DNA of 63,043 bases, filler included, from Lophium mytilinum (Eukaryota): the NCBI GenBank assembly GCA_010093605.1. It is 4 parts of 3 records of this genome, joined end to end, with 100 filler letters (N's around TTAATTAATTAA, not from the genome) between each part and the next. Parts side by side here need not be neighbours in the genome. Positions count along the whole stretch, not along the records: positions 19,633 to 41,100 come from MU004185.1; 3 more parts are not named here. One strand, given 5' to 3'. This document shows, one piece after another, positions 24,914 through 37,771 of the stretch (the first letter of the stretch is position 1; every line of letters starts with the position of its first letter). The notes beneath the pieces were generated by a model. That model had not been told where the DNA came from. It ran no database searches and was given only the letters and a program-made list of their open reading frames with translations. A program made the translations under genes and the position numbers.

Positions 24914-27900
24914 TTATACCTTACTATTAGACTTCTCCGGCGCTATGCTAGTTCCCTTTAATTTACTACCATCCTCTTTACTATTAGGGTCGGTATCTGC
25001 ACCTAATGCCGCGGGTGGTCGGCCGACGTTAGAATTATTCTTCCGCCTGCGTAGGTCTATTTTTGGTCTAGTAGAGTTTGCAGACTTCTACGCGGCAGCT
25101 TTCTTCTTAGCAGCCTTCCTTTCGCGCTAAGGGCGCTACTTAGTAATCTCTTTCTTTATTATATACTTATACGGACGATATATAAGGGATTTAGATATAG
25201 GGTCTTTCTTAGCTGCTTTATCCTTCTTTATAGTAGGCTTCTTTTTTGCGCCTTAGCGCTTCCAACTCTTATTAGTATTGCTAGAGGATATAGTCTTTAG
25301 GGTTGGCTGCAAGGCCCCTTCTATAAATTCTAGCGGGTTATCTAAGTTACTACTATAGTTGCTATTACGCTTAAAGGCAACTTTAGATGGTATAGTAGTA
25401 AAATCCGGGTAATTATTAAGATACTCCCCGTTTTACTTATTAGTCTTAGACGGGACGTTCTCTATATTAACGTCGGGGGTTTTAATATTCTTCTTATTCT
25501 GCTTATTATCTATATTAATATTAGCTTTTAGTAGTAAATAAAAAACTAGATCATCTATAGAATCCTGCGAGGAGATAGTAGATATTTCGCGCTGCCTCTT
25601 CTTCTATATATTAGGCAACGGGACGGGGTCTATAGAAGGGGTCCTAATAAGGCGTCTATTAAAGGTGCTAAGAGGGCTAGAAGGTAGGGTTAAAGTAGGT
25701 TAACGGGTGGAAGTAGGAGCTGCTATAATAGTTAGCACTTAAGCAATATAATAGGCGATACTAAAGGGCCCTAGCAGGAAGGCTTTCTAAAAAGGCCCTA
25801 GAATGAATTCTTACCTATATACTTTACAAGAAATAAAGTATTATTCTTATACTCTTTACCTTTAGAGTTATTACTATTTAGCCTACTAAAAGGGTTATCG
25901 CCGTTTATATTACTAAAAATAGCGGGTACTTAACGCAAAGGGTTACGCTCCGGCCTATGTTAATGGATAAAAGGGGTATAAGCATTTCTAGTAGCGCTCT
26001 TTATAGGGGTGGGCATATTAGATTTAGTAGAATCTAAGTCTTTAACTATAATAGTAGACTTAGGGTTAGGCTTGCGCTTCTTAATAGCAGCCGCTGGTAT
26101 AGTACTAGCTTTACGCTTCTACTTTAAAGCTTTACTATTTTATTGCTCTAGCGTCTTTAGCTTTAGCTTTAGGGTGGCTTTTACTATAAAACACGAATTA
26201 GCAAAGTATAAAGAGGCAAGTAGGGCCCTAGCAGGAAGCCTTCCCGCTAGAACCTATAAGGGCGAACTTACTGCTTGCAGGATAACGCTTAAGCCTTAAA
26301 CCTAGCTTATTAACACGCGGTTTCTTAGGCGCTCTACTTGCACCCTTCTCCTACTCTTCTTCTAATTCCAATTTGGTGAATTCGTACGCTTATTCTTCTT
26401 AGAACTTATTACTAAACCCACTAGACTAAAAAGTTATATTGCCTCGCGTAAGGGTTATTAGAAATATAAGGATATCTTATAGGGAGTTAAAGCGCTTAAT
26501 ATATAATTCTACCGGCATATTTAAAATATCTATTTCGCCTATAATAAGGCGGGGTGTAATGCTCTTATTATTATAGGTTACCTACGCATACTGGCTATCT
26601 AGGGTTAGCTTTTCCTTAGAGGTCCCCTCCACCTTAATCTAGTTAGTGTTTAACGCAGCAGTAAGACTAGGAAGCGCTATCTACACCTAGCGCGAGAGAG
26701 TAAAGGCATTAAATGTGTCCTGGATAAAGAACGCAGTTACTATAATAGTAAACTTCTGGCTAATCCTATATAAACGCGCTATTATTTACTTCTTAATCTA
26801 AATAGAGCCTGTAGGGTTAAAAAGATATATATTATAGTAAGTAGACTATAGATTAAGCCTAGCTCTATTAGCCTGGTAACTAGTAATAAGGATCTTTACT
26901 TTAGAGTTAGGGTCGTTAAACACTAAGATAAGGTTGTCCCGGTTAGTAGTAGAGAGATTAGAGGCTAATATATAAGCATCTATTTTATAATAGTTAATAA
27001 TCTTAGCAAGAATTATTTACTTATCCAGGTAGTTAGTCTAGATAATAACCTTCTCTATACGCTTAATAACGTTGTTAGCTAAATAGTATAGTAGTATAGC
27101 CACTTTAGGGGCATTATAGATAAAAAGGGCGACAATATAATAAAAGGATGCGGACTTTACTTTAAAGTCTTTTTAATTAGGGTTAGTTTAGACGTTCTTA
27201 TTCCGGGCAATTTACTTTATTATGCCTCGCAAAACGTCTATTTCCTTTAACTAGTGACCGCCATTATTCTTAAGAGGGATAATTTTCGGGCCGTCCTTAA
27301 TCTTATTGCCTTCTAAATCTAAAACCTTCTCTTGCGGATATACTATTATGGCGCGCTTAGAGTAGACTAAAAATGGCGCAGTACTTATAAGGTTAAAAGC
27401 ACGCATAGAGCATGCGTTAAATGCATAGGTGCGCTAGCCTACGCGGTTCTTAGTAGGAACTATTAATAACTTAAGGTAGGCTGGCGATTTATTGGCATAG
27501 ATAATATGGCCTAGTTTTATAGGCTGTAGCTTAATTACTCGCGTAACTAACCGCGGAAGTAATTCTCTAATTCGGGTGGCAGGATTAGTAGAATTATTTA
27601 GGCATGTAGAAGGGTATAAGCAAGTAATTATATACTTGCTAAAAATTAAGCGCAAATAAAGCCCCTGTATAATCCTGGAGAAATATTAGAAAATTAAAGT
27701 AAATAAGAGGAGAGATAAGGGCCCTGGCTAGAAGCCTTTCTACTAGGGCCCTTTATATAATAACTTACGGGTTAAATAAAGGCAGAATAAAATTTTTAAA
27801 AGCCTTGCGTGTATACTAGAAAATTATACCTAAATAGTTATTAGGAAGCTTAAACGGATTATTAGTACCCGGAATAAACTTAGCTTTACCGGGTTTTAAG

Positions 27901-30702
27901 CAGTACGTGCGGAATTATAGATGCTTATCTCTTAGTTCTATAAAAGATATATAAGCAGGCATATTAGTAATGCCTATATATAGCGGGGTTCTACTATAGA
28001 GCATAGTAAAGTCTAAGTAAAGCTATAACGCAGTTAGGTGGAGGTTTACTTAGTTGCTTTTAATAAGCTAGCACTTGTCTATAAATTGGACGTTAAAACA
28101 GCCACTTAAGAGACCGGGCTAGGTGGAGCTTAGGCGATATTTAACCTAATTCTTTAGCTTAGTAAGATTATTGTTGCTATACTACTTTAATGCGGGCTAG
28201 GGACCGTGCCAACCGGCCATTACCTAATAGCTGGCAATTACGATGCTCTTAGTATTTACCTTATTTTTAGTATTAAATAAGGGATGGTCCCTGGTTAAGG
28301 TGTTATATAGAAACGTAGCGCTATAGAAAGCAACTTAGCCCTTTAATAAATAGATGTAGAGCTTAAGTTTAGAACTAAACTTTGCAAGTTTATTCGCTAT
28401 TTAGTGTACTAAAACGGAAGGCACAAGAAAAAGGAAGGGCTTCGCCGGCCCGGGGTCTTTCTTATCTATAACTTTGCGCTGGCGCTTAGTAATAAGCTAT
28501 AATTAAATTAGTAGATGCTAAGAGAAACTATTAGGGGGGTAGTAGAAAGGCTTTCTATTAATACTCTTTAAAGAGAAATTGCTTACATATCTAATAAGGG
28601 TAGCCATTAAAAATATCTTTCTAATACTAACCTTATCTATAATTAAAGCCCTACTAAGAAAGCCTTTCTATATAATATAGTATATATAGTAAGCCCTAGT
28701 AATCTACTACCACCTTAAGTAAATATTGCCATTTATTATAATAAGGCGGGGTTTCTAATAGTTATAAATGCGTAGGGCCTTTATTACTTCTTTTAGGTTA
28801 TCTAGCTAATAGGCTTTATTAGTTATTAGAAGGCGGAGTATACTCTATATTGTAAGATCTACCGCGGTTAGTATAGTAAAGGGGATAATATTCTTTACAT
28901 TAATAGCGGTAGCCCTTATATTAGCCTCCATATCTTAGGCATGTTTAATACTGTCTAGATTAGCATACTTGTCCTTATTTAGATCTACAGCGCGCATATT
29001 TAGGTGCTATTTAACGGTATATATAAAATCTCCTGCTATCTATCTAATTACCCGATATGCGTTGTATTAAAACTTTAACGAGTTCTAGTTAATTATTGCT
29101 CCGGTGCGCTTAGCATGCATAATTACTAACTTAAGCTCCTGTTTTATAGTGCCGGTGATGTACTTAGCACTAGTAATATTAACGTTGCCTTTCTTCTTAT
29201 TAACTAGGTTTGCAGCAATTTCCTCTTTAGATAACCCCTAGATAGGGTTGTCTGCGTTAACCTCTATATTAATGGCCGCGAGTTCCTCCTTAGTAAAATA
29301 AGAGGGCAACTGCCGACAGGGAGGCCTAGAAGGGCCTTAACGGAAAGGCTTCCTATTAATATTCTTACTACTATAAGCAATGGTTTTGGCCGGGGTCTTA
29401 GGTGCCGGTGCTAGACTAAGCTTTATTTTTTAAAGAATATTCTATATCTTAATTTAGTTCTTAGTACAGGCGGTTCTACTAGCTTAAGACGGGCCACTCT
29501 TAAACTCTATATTTTTCTTTAATTTAAAGAAGATTCTAAGCGCTTTATTATTAGTAATATTAGCGCGGTTGTGCAAAAACCCACTAAACCGCTTCCGGTA
29601 GTAATTAAAGCATTAACTAATAAATTAAGCTGCCTAATCCACGGGTTTGTAGTTATCCGTCTTAGGCTAAGAAGTAGTATATCGCTGCAGATTATGCAAC
29701 TTGCCAGTCTTAAAAGCGTTTAGAATAGTAGTAAAACTGGCCCCTTAATCCTAACTATGCATAGCGCGCTTTAGGTCTAAATACCTATCCTTATACTTAT
29801 TCTAAATTGCTTAGAAATTAGGCTTAGCTAGAATTACTTTAAGTTCTGCTTTTATTTAACTATAAAGCTTGGCTAACTTTATTCTACTAGCATACAGCGT
29901 GTTTACTAAGGCCTATAACTTCTCTAACTCTTTATCTTTTCTAGTACTAGTAACTAGCGCTTAAAGCTTCTCCTGCTCTTTATTAGAGTTCTTAGGGATA
30001 TTAGAGTTATTACTATAGTTATCGCTATCTAGATAAACTACTTTACTATTTGCTAATGTAAGCGTCTCCGGATCTATTATAGTGGCCGGCTAATCGCGCT
30101 TTAAATTAACATGGGCATTAACCCTTAATTTAGTAACTAGTAGGGAGGTAGAATTTAGATCTTCTAGCACTTTAGAAGAAGTAGATTATTTCTTATAGCT
30201 ATCTACTAGGTTAGTTGCAGGTAATATGCGCAGGAATGCAACCTTTACTACTACTTTGCTAGGGTCCCTATTACTTAAGGTATTTATAGCTAGTCTATTA
30301 ATATGTTAGCTTATTTTAAATAATAGAAGAAAGAAGGCAGGCAAAGGGCCCTAGTAGGAAGGCTTTCTGCCAAGACCCTTTGCACTATGCCGGGTATTTT
30401 TAGTATTATTATTTTCTCGACATTTTCTACCGCCGCATCTTTAAAATTAAGGCAGACTAATCTACTAAGACTAGTAAAGGGCCCTAGCAGAAAGCCTTCC
30501 TGCAATAATTCTTATAATATACTTACCTCACTCCACTCTTAGAGAAATTGCGATGGAATAAACCTGTTAGCAGAATTAGCTATAACGTAACTTAATTTTA
30601 CCTGCTGGACAGTAAACTTACTAAAAGGCTTAACCGCTAGCTAAAAAGACGCCTAAAATAAGCTAATTGCGGCTCTAATGTAGCTAGGAAACTACTAACT
30701 AT
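24914..30702 (-). pseudogene. SNF2/SWI2-family helicase-like ATPase, 6 predicted introns, RIP-degraded
   Basis: Reverted motifs: GGALIADEVGIGKT (Walker A, ~28615-28655), KPFLFLVPSVLVHQ, FMDECQLIK (~28060-28087), YSGTP, KVIIWT, and GAGLNLQSACHNVHLFDP...EKQAIARLYRIGQ (~26755-26870). Introns GTAAG...CTAAY...YAG at 25723-25814, 26184-26271, 27675-27768, 28497-28586, 30295-30526 and 30564-30621. Confidence 0.9.
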
Positions 30703-31379
30703 TATCTAGTAAGTAAGGGTCTAGCGCGCAACTGTTCTATAGGTAGCTAGATAAGTGGAAGTAATAGGAGTGCGGTGGTGTAGAAGGAGAGGTTAGTATA
30801 GAAGTAAGAAAGTTAAAGCTGCCAGGCGGTAGATAAGTTCGTGGGCGGCCGGGCCGATAGCCGCCGGCCGCTAAGACGCTAAGCCTTTAACAGTAAACTA
30901 CTTAAGTTAACTCTTAAGGTTAACGTAATAGCTGTATATTATATAAGGTTAAAATATTGCGGGTGTAAATATATCAGCGTTTTACTTAATTTCGCCGATA
31001 TATAAATATTTACGGTTAATCTATAATACTACGCTATATATTACCTAGTTCTAGTAATATAGTACTACGCTAAGATAGGTTAATAGAACATTGCGCGTTG
31101 TTGTATAACTATTTGCCTACAGTATAAGAGTCTTGCTAGAAAGCCTTCCTGCTAGGGCCCTTTGCTACTTATATTAAGCACGCCTATTATTACCTCTCTT
31201 CTTATATATATTACCGCTACGCACCTACTAGATAAGCATTTGCGTACTATATAAGAGCCTGGCTAGAAGCCTTTCTACTAACGCCCTTTATATCTTATAC
31301 TAATTACTTTACTATCTTCCTTATTAATAATTCTTCTTTATAACGCCGCCCCTGCTAGTCTACCTATTAACGCTTAAAT

Positions 31380-34300
31380 CTATATACTCCTTAGAACTCT
31401 TCTACTTAAGCCTTATTCTTCTAGGCCTCTTACTCTAAGTCCTCTAAGTCCTCTATTTCTAAGCTGTAGTTACCTAAACTCTCTTTATACTTATACTCTT
31501 TATCTAATAACTAACTACTTATATCCCCCTCTTACTCCTTCTATATCGCTAAATAATTCTAGAATTCTTTAATTATTAGAATTCTGCCTAAATAAGCCCT
31601 TAGGCTATTTAGTGTATAGTGCTTAAACCTAAGCTGGACACGTTTTAGATTAACTTAACCCCTAGGGCCTATAATATTATCCTCTATTATTATTATCTTT
31701 AACTTTCCTGGGCTTCCCTAGGTTATATTCTATACTTCCTTTGCAACTACGTCTATGCTAAGGTTAACTGCCCCCCCTTAAGCCTGTTCTTTAATATATT
31801 AGCTTAGTTAGGCTACCTTATAGTAGTAGCTATTTAGTAGTTGCATATAGATCTACTATATATTTATAATTATATCTCTTCCCCTAATATTATCTTATAT
31901 ATCTTTAGAGTTGTTTTATTTAGCTTAACGCGTGGTTAAAATTTTGTTGTTATTATATCTTAAAAGAACCTAGAGTAATAAGGCGGCTCTTGCTTATAGA
32001 TTATTAAGGAATTATTCTACCGTTTTTAGTAACGCTTCATTTCTAATTATTGCATTTAATCTTCGCAATTTTATGCGGAAGGGACTGTTGTTCTATTTTT
32101 AAGTTTCTGCAGCTGGATCTATAATATTAAATAGCGGCTAGACTTAATTAATCCAGCGTCTAGTTAAGTGCCTTAGATAATTTGTATTACTATTTCTAGC
32201 TACATTCTACACGTAGGTGTAGCTTACTATAAGTTCTAACTTTCTATATAGCTTTATAAGCATATTAGGATAAAGCGCAACTATAGATCTATTTAGAATA
32301 CTCTTAAGAAATTAGTCGCGTAGTTCTTTACTCTTCTATTACGTCTTAGTATTTCTATCTTCTCCTATATACTATCTACTTAGAAGCTCGTATATATTAG
32401 TATAGTATGCCTTAATAATAAGCGCAGCTGCCTTACCTATCCATAGCGGTGCCAATCGCCAATCTTTTTGCACTTTAGTCCTATTTTCGCGTTAAATAGC
32501 TGGCGTGTACTATGCTGCAATACTATACTATAGATACCGCATCTCTATATTCTCCCTAGTAAGAGATACCTAAATCTAAGCTTTAGTAAACGTAGCTTAG
32601 AATTAATTCCTAAGGCCGGCTTGCAGTTAATTAACGCCTTAAGGGCTAAGTTGTGGGGGCGTTGTTGTCTAATCTAAGTACTCTAACTTTAGCTAAGCTA
32701 TGCTATACTTCTTAAGGGAGTCTAATAACCTAAGGCTATACAAGGTTACAGGATTCTAGGGGTCTTTTTAATTTATCCACTCTTTTTTCTACAGTATAGA
32801 TAATTAAGTAGGATTACCACATCTAGCAGTAATTTACGCAAGGCGGATATAAAGAGATGCTAAATAACTATTTACTAGCTATTTATCTAGTATTACTATA
32901 TGCCTAGCATTACGCCCCGGGGTAACCTAAAGAGACAGTACCTGGAAAAGAAATACCTAGCAATTAAGGTTTACAATAGTAAAGGCATTAACTTCTTCTA
33001 TAGAAAGAACCTAGTAGGGGTAATAAGGCTTACTACTATTGTCCGGCCCATCCTTTATAGTAAATTTAGGACTTGCGCTTTCTTTAAGTTGCTTAAGTAT
33101 AGTAAGAAGTACTTAGAACTTAGTTTAAACCCTATAGAATAAGTGTCTATCTCTCTAGAGTATAGTATAGTGGCGTTAGAGAATAGCAGCAAGACTATCC
33201 TAAAGCTATTTTCTTTTTAATAATTCTCTAGAGCTACCTGCCGCTTTAAACCACCGCTTAATTATTTTAGTTAAGAACGTAAGAGCTTCTAGTTAAGTAT
33301 TATAAAAGGGCGTAATATTCTTAACGGGTAACTTAAGTATAATCTTATTACTATTATAGATTTTATTATATACTATACTACTAATACAGCTATAGTTACC
33401 TACTTAGAGCTCTACTATTAGAGATAACGCGCCCTAGATAAGATAGTAGGGGTACAATGTTATATAAATCTTTTCTTTTCCGCCGTTGTAGAAGTAAGTG
33501 GCCTAGTAGTTATTATAGCTAGTTTTGCGTAGAAGGGTAACCCCGGTATCTAGCTAATTAGTAGTTAGGATATCTTTATATCTATAGTTAATCTATATCC
33601 CCTTATCTAGTATATTAATTGGGTTTTTATTAAAAGTAGTAGTTAAAGTACGTAGTAGCTAATCTCTACTTTAAATTATACTTAAGGACTTATATGCCAT
33701 TTTTAGATTATAACCCGAGACTACTAGGAATACTCCTTTAAATAAATCTTTAGGTATAGTATCTATTTCTGCAAAGTTTTCTATGTTATAAAGAACTTAG
33801 TTCTAGAATTCTTAGAGTTAACACTATAGAATTATATACTTAGTATTAATATAAGAGTCTCTAGATAATATTATATATTTTTCTTTCTTAACGCTTGCTT
33901 TACCCTATATAATATTAAAACTGTGTAGTATATGCTACTACTTATTAGGTGTTAGAGTATACTTTACTACAGGTAAGATAATATTATTGAGCTAAGCTGC
34001 TTACATTATATCTAGTAGATGCAAAGTATTGCCCTTTTGCTTATTTAGTGTTGGCATCTAGGGGAAAAACACGTAAGTTTTAAATTAATGCTTATACCTG
34101 TGCCCTATGCAAAGCTACTTTATTATATAGAGCTTATGGCCGCGTATTATAATGCGTTAGTTTTAAGTAATACTTTAGAGGAAGGATAGTTATAGAGATA
34201 GTAAGAAGTACAAATTATAGGCCGCTAAAGTAGAGATGCCAATAATAACGCTATTAATATTATACACTCGCTGGATTTTAATCTCTTTATTTGCTATAAA

Positions 34301-36520
34301 GCTAGCTTTAGACCTTATAAAACTAAGCCTTAGAGTTTCTATATTACTAGTTTCTCCGCTTAACATTAATTTCTATAGGACATTATTAAAGTTATTAGAA
34401 TTATTCTCTCTCTATAATAGCTCTAGTTGGCTTATTAGATAGAAGGCTGTATTGGCTATAATAGGCTCTTATTAGGAGGGAAGGTTCTAAGCCAGAAGAA
34501 AGCTAGTAACTTAGCTAAGGGATCTGCTCTAAGAAACTATTATATAGTTACTTGCTATATTATAATATTAGCTACTATATTATCTAAATAGAAAGAGTTA
34601 AGATATATAGTAAGTACACTAGACTTCTAACGCTAATTAGATTATACTTACTACATATAGAGTATTTACTAATAGATTATTATGCCTACGTATATTAGCT
34701 TTATATAAACTATAGGGCTTATAATACTTGCCTATTAGGGTCTATCTTATCTATAACTTTGTCTATAATCTCGCTGTTACCTTCACTATTTAAGGCTGTA
34801 TTATCTACCCTACTGCCTTAATTCTCTAGTATAACTTCGTTAAGTAAACCCAGTAATTTATCTATAGTGTCTTGCTATCCTTGCATATATATACCTTCTC
34901 TACCCTCTTTAACTCTATTATCTAATACCTTATCTATATCTGCACCTGCTTCTATCTTATTCTTAAGTTAGGTAAATTCCTCTTCTATAACCTCGGTTAC
35001 TGGCGTTAGGCGGAGAGATAATAAGGTAGCGTACCACTCCATCTAAACCTAACCGTTGTTGTGCGCTAGTTGCATAAACCAACTTATATTAGCTAGCATT
35101 TCCTCCTTATCTATTTATTCCGCAGCGTCTATTCTAGAGAGCACTTCTACGGCCTTATTTTATTGCGCTAAGAATAATTCCGCTGTAATCTCTTTGTTAG
35201 TTATTTGCGCGAGTATATAGAGCAGTAATACAGTAATAAGGGCTAGTGTTTAGCGTTATATTATTAGTTCTAGTTATGCAGGAGTAGAAGCTACTATAGT
35301 TTATTAAGCGCGTAAACTTGCGCGTAGTATTATAGCCGTCTATAAAGTATTCTAGAGGGCAAGGATAGTATATACGCCTGTATATATATATAGTATAGCT
35401 GCGGGTTTAAGAAATACTTTGCAGAGATAGCGTATAGCGGGTAGAACCCAGCCCGGAGCTCTATTATTATTATTTACGGCTTGCCGAGGTGTCCCTACGC
35501 TGGAAGGTAGTAATAGAGAGGGCAACACCTCTCTAGTATCTAGAGGCGGTGGTAACGCAGGTGTATAAGGAGACAACGCGGAAGATATAGGTAACAGCAA
35601 CTCTAATACTGCCTCTTCTACTTCTTTATCTACTTAGGCTACTTCTTTATTTACTTTACTTTCTTTAGCTACTTCTTCTTCTTCTTTAACTGCTGCTCCC
35701 TTAATAGTCTATATAACAGCATACTTACTACTATTACTCTAATCTTACTCTATAGCTTCCGTTAATTCTATGTTGCTTTAAATTTTAGGTATATATTAGG
35801 CCGCTCTTAACTTACTAGAGCGTGTACTACTGCTAGTAGACTGCTAGGTATAAGAAAGTTATATTAGTTAAGTAGGTTAAGAGGTTAAAGGAGCGAAAGA
35901 ACAAGTACTACTATAAGTAGCCCGCCCTAGAGTAGAATATTAGGTAGGTTTAGTAGATAGAGGAGGAGCGGTAGAATAGATACTACTATAGGTAGACCGC
36001 TATAGAGAAGTATATTACGTAGATTACGTAGGTTAGATAGATAGAGGAGGAATAGTAGAACGGGTACTACTATAAGTAGACTGCTGCGGAGGAGTATATT
36101 ACGTAGATTAAGTAGAGGTAGAAGGTAATAATTCTTCTATTAAGACGGGTTCTACTTAAGTTTATTAGAACCTAACTATAAATACTAGGAGATTATAAAA
36201 GATATACTAATTATAAGTTATGCAATAGTTTCCTCTAAAGGCTCCTAAGGTGCAATTAGTTATTAAAAGGGCGTAGGCGCAGGGCGGGTGGGATAAGGGG
36301 CCCTAATATTTATACTAGAAAGACCTCTAGGGTTTTTAAAGATAATTAGAAACAGATCTAGAATAGAAGTAGGAGTAGGCTTGCTAGCCTCTCCTACTAT
36401 AGCTGTTTAGTCTATAGCCCTCTTCTTTTTATCTCTTTTACGTTGGTTCAAATCCACTATTAAACGTAATTTAGCTGCTTTTCGCTCTTCTTTATTCTAG
36501 TACTTTCGGGGGCGTCCTAT
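31380..36520 (-). pseudogene. Large protein of unknown family with N-terminal AT-hook (MGRPRKY), Pro/Ser-rich linker and acidic tail
   Basis: Start at 36520 reads M(ATA)GRPRKYQNEEERKAAK. A long continuous reverted frame at ~34200-32200 has motifs YVFFP, WLDDIILPA, QHMPHSF, SGHDLK, WIDYGYED, TLLRK, YNKIYN, PFHNTQLEAL and GLGL..SLKKYGMAW. Confidence 0.6.
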
Positions 36521-36799
36521 ACTAACTACTAGGTATAGTAGTAAGGGGAATAATAGTTTAGAATATAGAGCTAAGGAGCGGAAAGCGGTTAGGGAGTGTA
36601 ATTAGTTAAAAATAAGGATTTATTAATATTCTTATTATAGGGCTTACCCCGCCTAACCCGTTTTAACACCCCTTACAGATACGGCCACTCGGTTAAGGTC
36701 GCTGGGGAAGGGCCCTAGTAGAAAGGCTTTCTGCGGTAGCCCTATTAATTGCTTTATCTATAAACGTTGTATAAACTATATCCTGCCCTTTACTTTATA

Positions 36800-37715
36800 T
36801 ATTTTATTTAATGCGGCTGAAATTTCTATTATATAAGAATACTATCTAGTAGCAACCTATACTAAGGCGAGGCTATTATAACGCAAAACCCTTTCTATTA
36901 TATCTATTACCCTCTATAGGCACCTACTACTAGGACTTCGCCTTTTCTATAATGCTTTAAATTTAATTGCGTATACTGCATATAGTATTATAGCTCTATT
37001 ATAGTATCTTAATATCTAGGAGTTATTATATGCAGCGGTAGAAAGGCTGCTTAATTATAGGGCTATACTCTCTGCTGCTAGCTACCCTCTTCTCTTACCC
37101 TCTACACCTACCTAGAGCCATAACTACAGCCTATAAAATATTTCTAAATTGCTAGAATACTATTGCATTGCATAATAAGTAATTTTCCTTATAAATATCT
37201 TTAACCTTATATTGTAGTGGTTCTATGCAGCGCTAGTTAAGGTCTTTATTAAGTGCAAGGCTGGCATTACGCTAAACTCTTTAAGTAACTTCTATTATTT
37301 AGAATCTTACCTCTGCATATAACTGCCACTACTACTATAGCCTGCATATTAATTCTAAGTTAATAGATTACTATCGCATTATATATTATATATAATTCTT
37401 TATATATTTCTTCTATGCTATATTATAGTAGTTGCATGCAGTAGTAGTTACACTAATTCTTAAGCACAAGGCTATTCTTACGCTAAACCCTTTAAGTAAT
37501 TTCCATTCTATGCCTGCGCACCCTGCGGCCTCTCTATATCTACCTTAAGCTACTACTACGGCTTGTAAATTAAATTAAAGTTAATAGAACGCTATTATAT
37601 TGCGTTCTAAGTATTATTCTTCGCATGCATACTCTATTTCATGTTATGGTGGTTAAATGCGGCGGTGCAAGGTTATGCTGCACGTAATTCTTAAAGGTTA
37701 ATTTTCTCTATATTA
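36800..37715 (-). pseudogene. Probable gene built from ~200-bp internal repeats, unknown function
   Basis: Three to four diverged units begin GCA..AAC(C/T)AC on the minus strand, and two share a WKLLKxFSV-like segment. The frame is uncertain. Confidence 0.35.
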
Positions 37716-37759
37716 AACTCGCTTCTCCCTACCTAACTTTAACCCTCTAGCCCCTATAA

Positions 37760-37771
37760 TAACCCTAACCC
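37760..37771 (+). repeat. Two telomeric repeats (TAACCC)2 at the junction between element copies
   Basis: Absent from the homologous positions on either side (37300-37310 and after 38220). Confidence 0.8.

Larger units (their letters stand above)
19728..37760. mobile_element. ~18-kb telomere-abutting multi-gene repeated element encoding a SNF2 ATPase (copy 1, apparently full length)
   Basis: Further copies occur in the window (37770-38220, 38220-41100, 41201-52180) and it is RIP-affected throughout. It begins at the telomere and ends at a terminus reused at 38220. No RT or transposase was recognised, so mobility is inferred. Confidence 0.7.

Noticed and set aside
31380..36520. Penelope-, MoTeR- or telomerase-like reverse transcriptase in the telomeric element
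   Set aside because: I looked for YxDD-type RT and endonuclease motifs in the readable frames and found none. A divergent RT cannot be fully excluded without a profile search.
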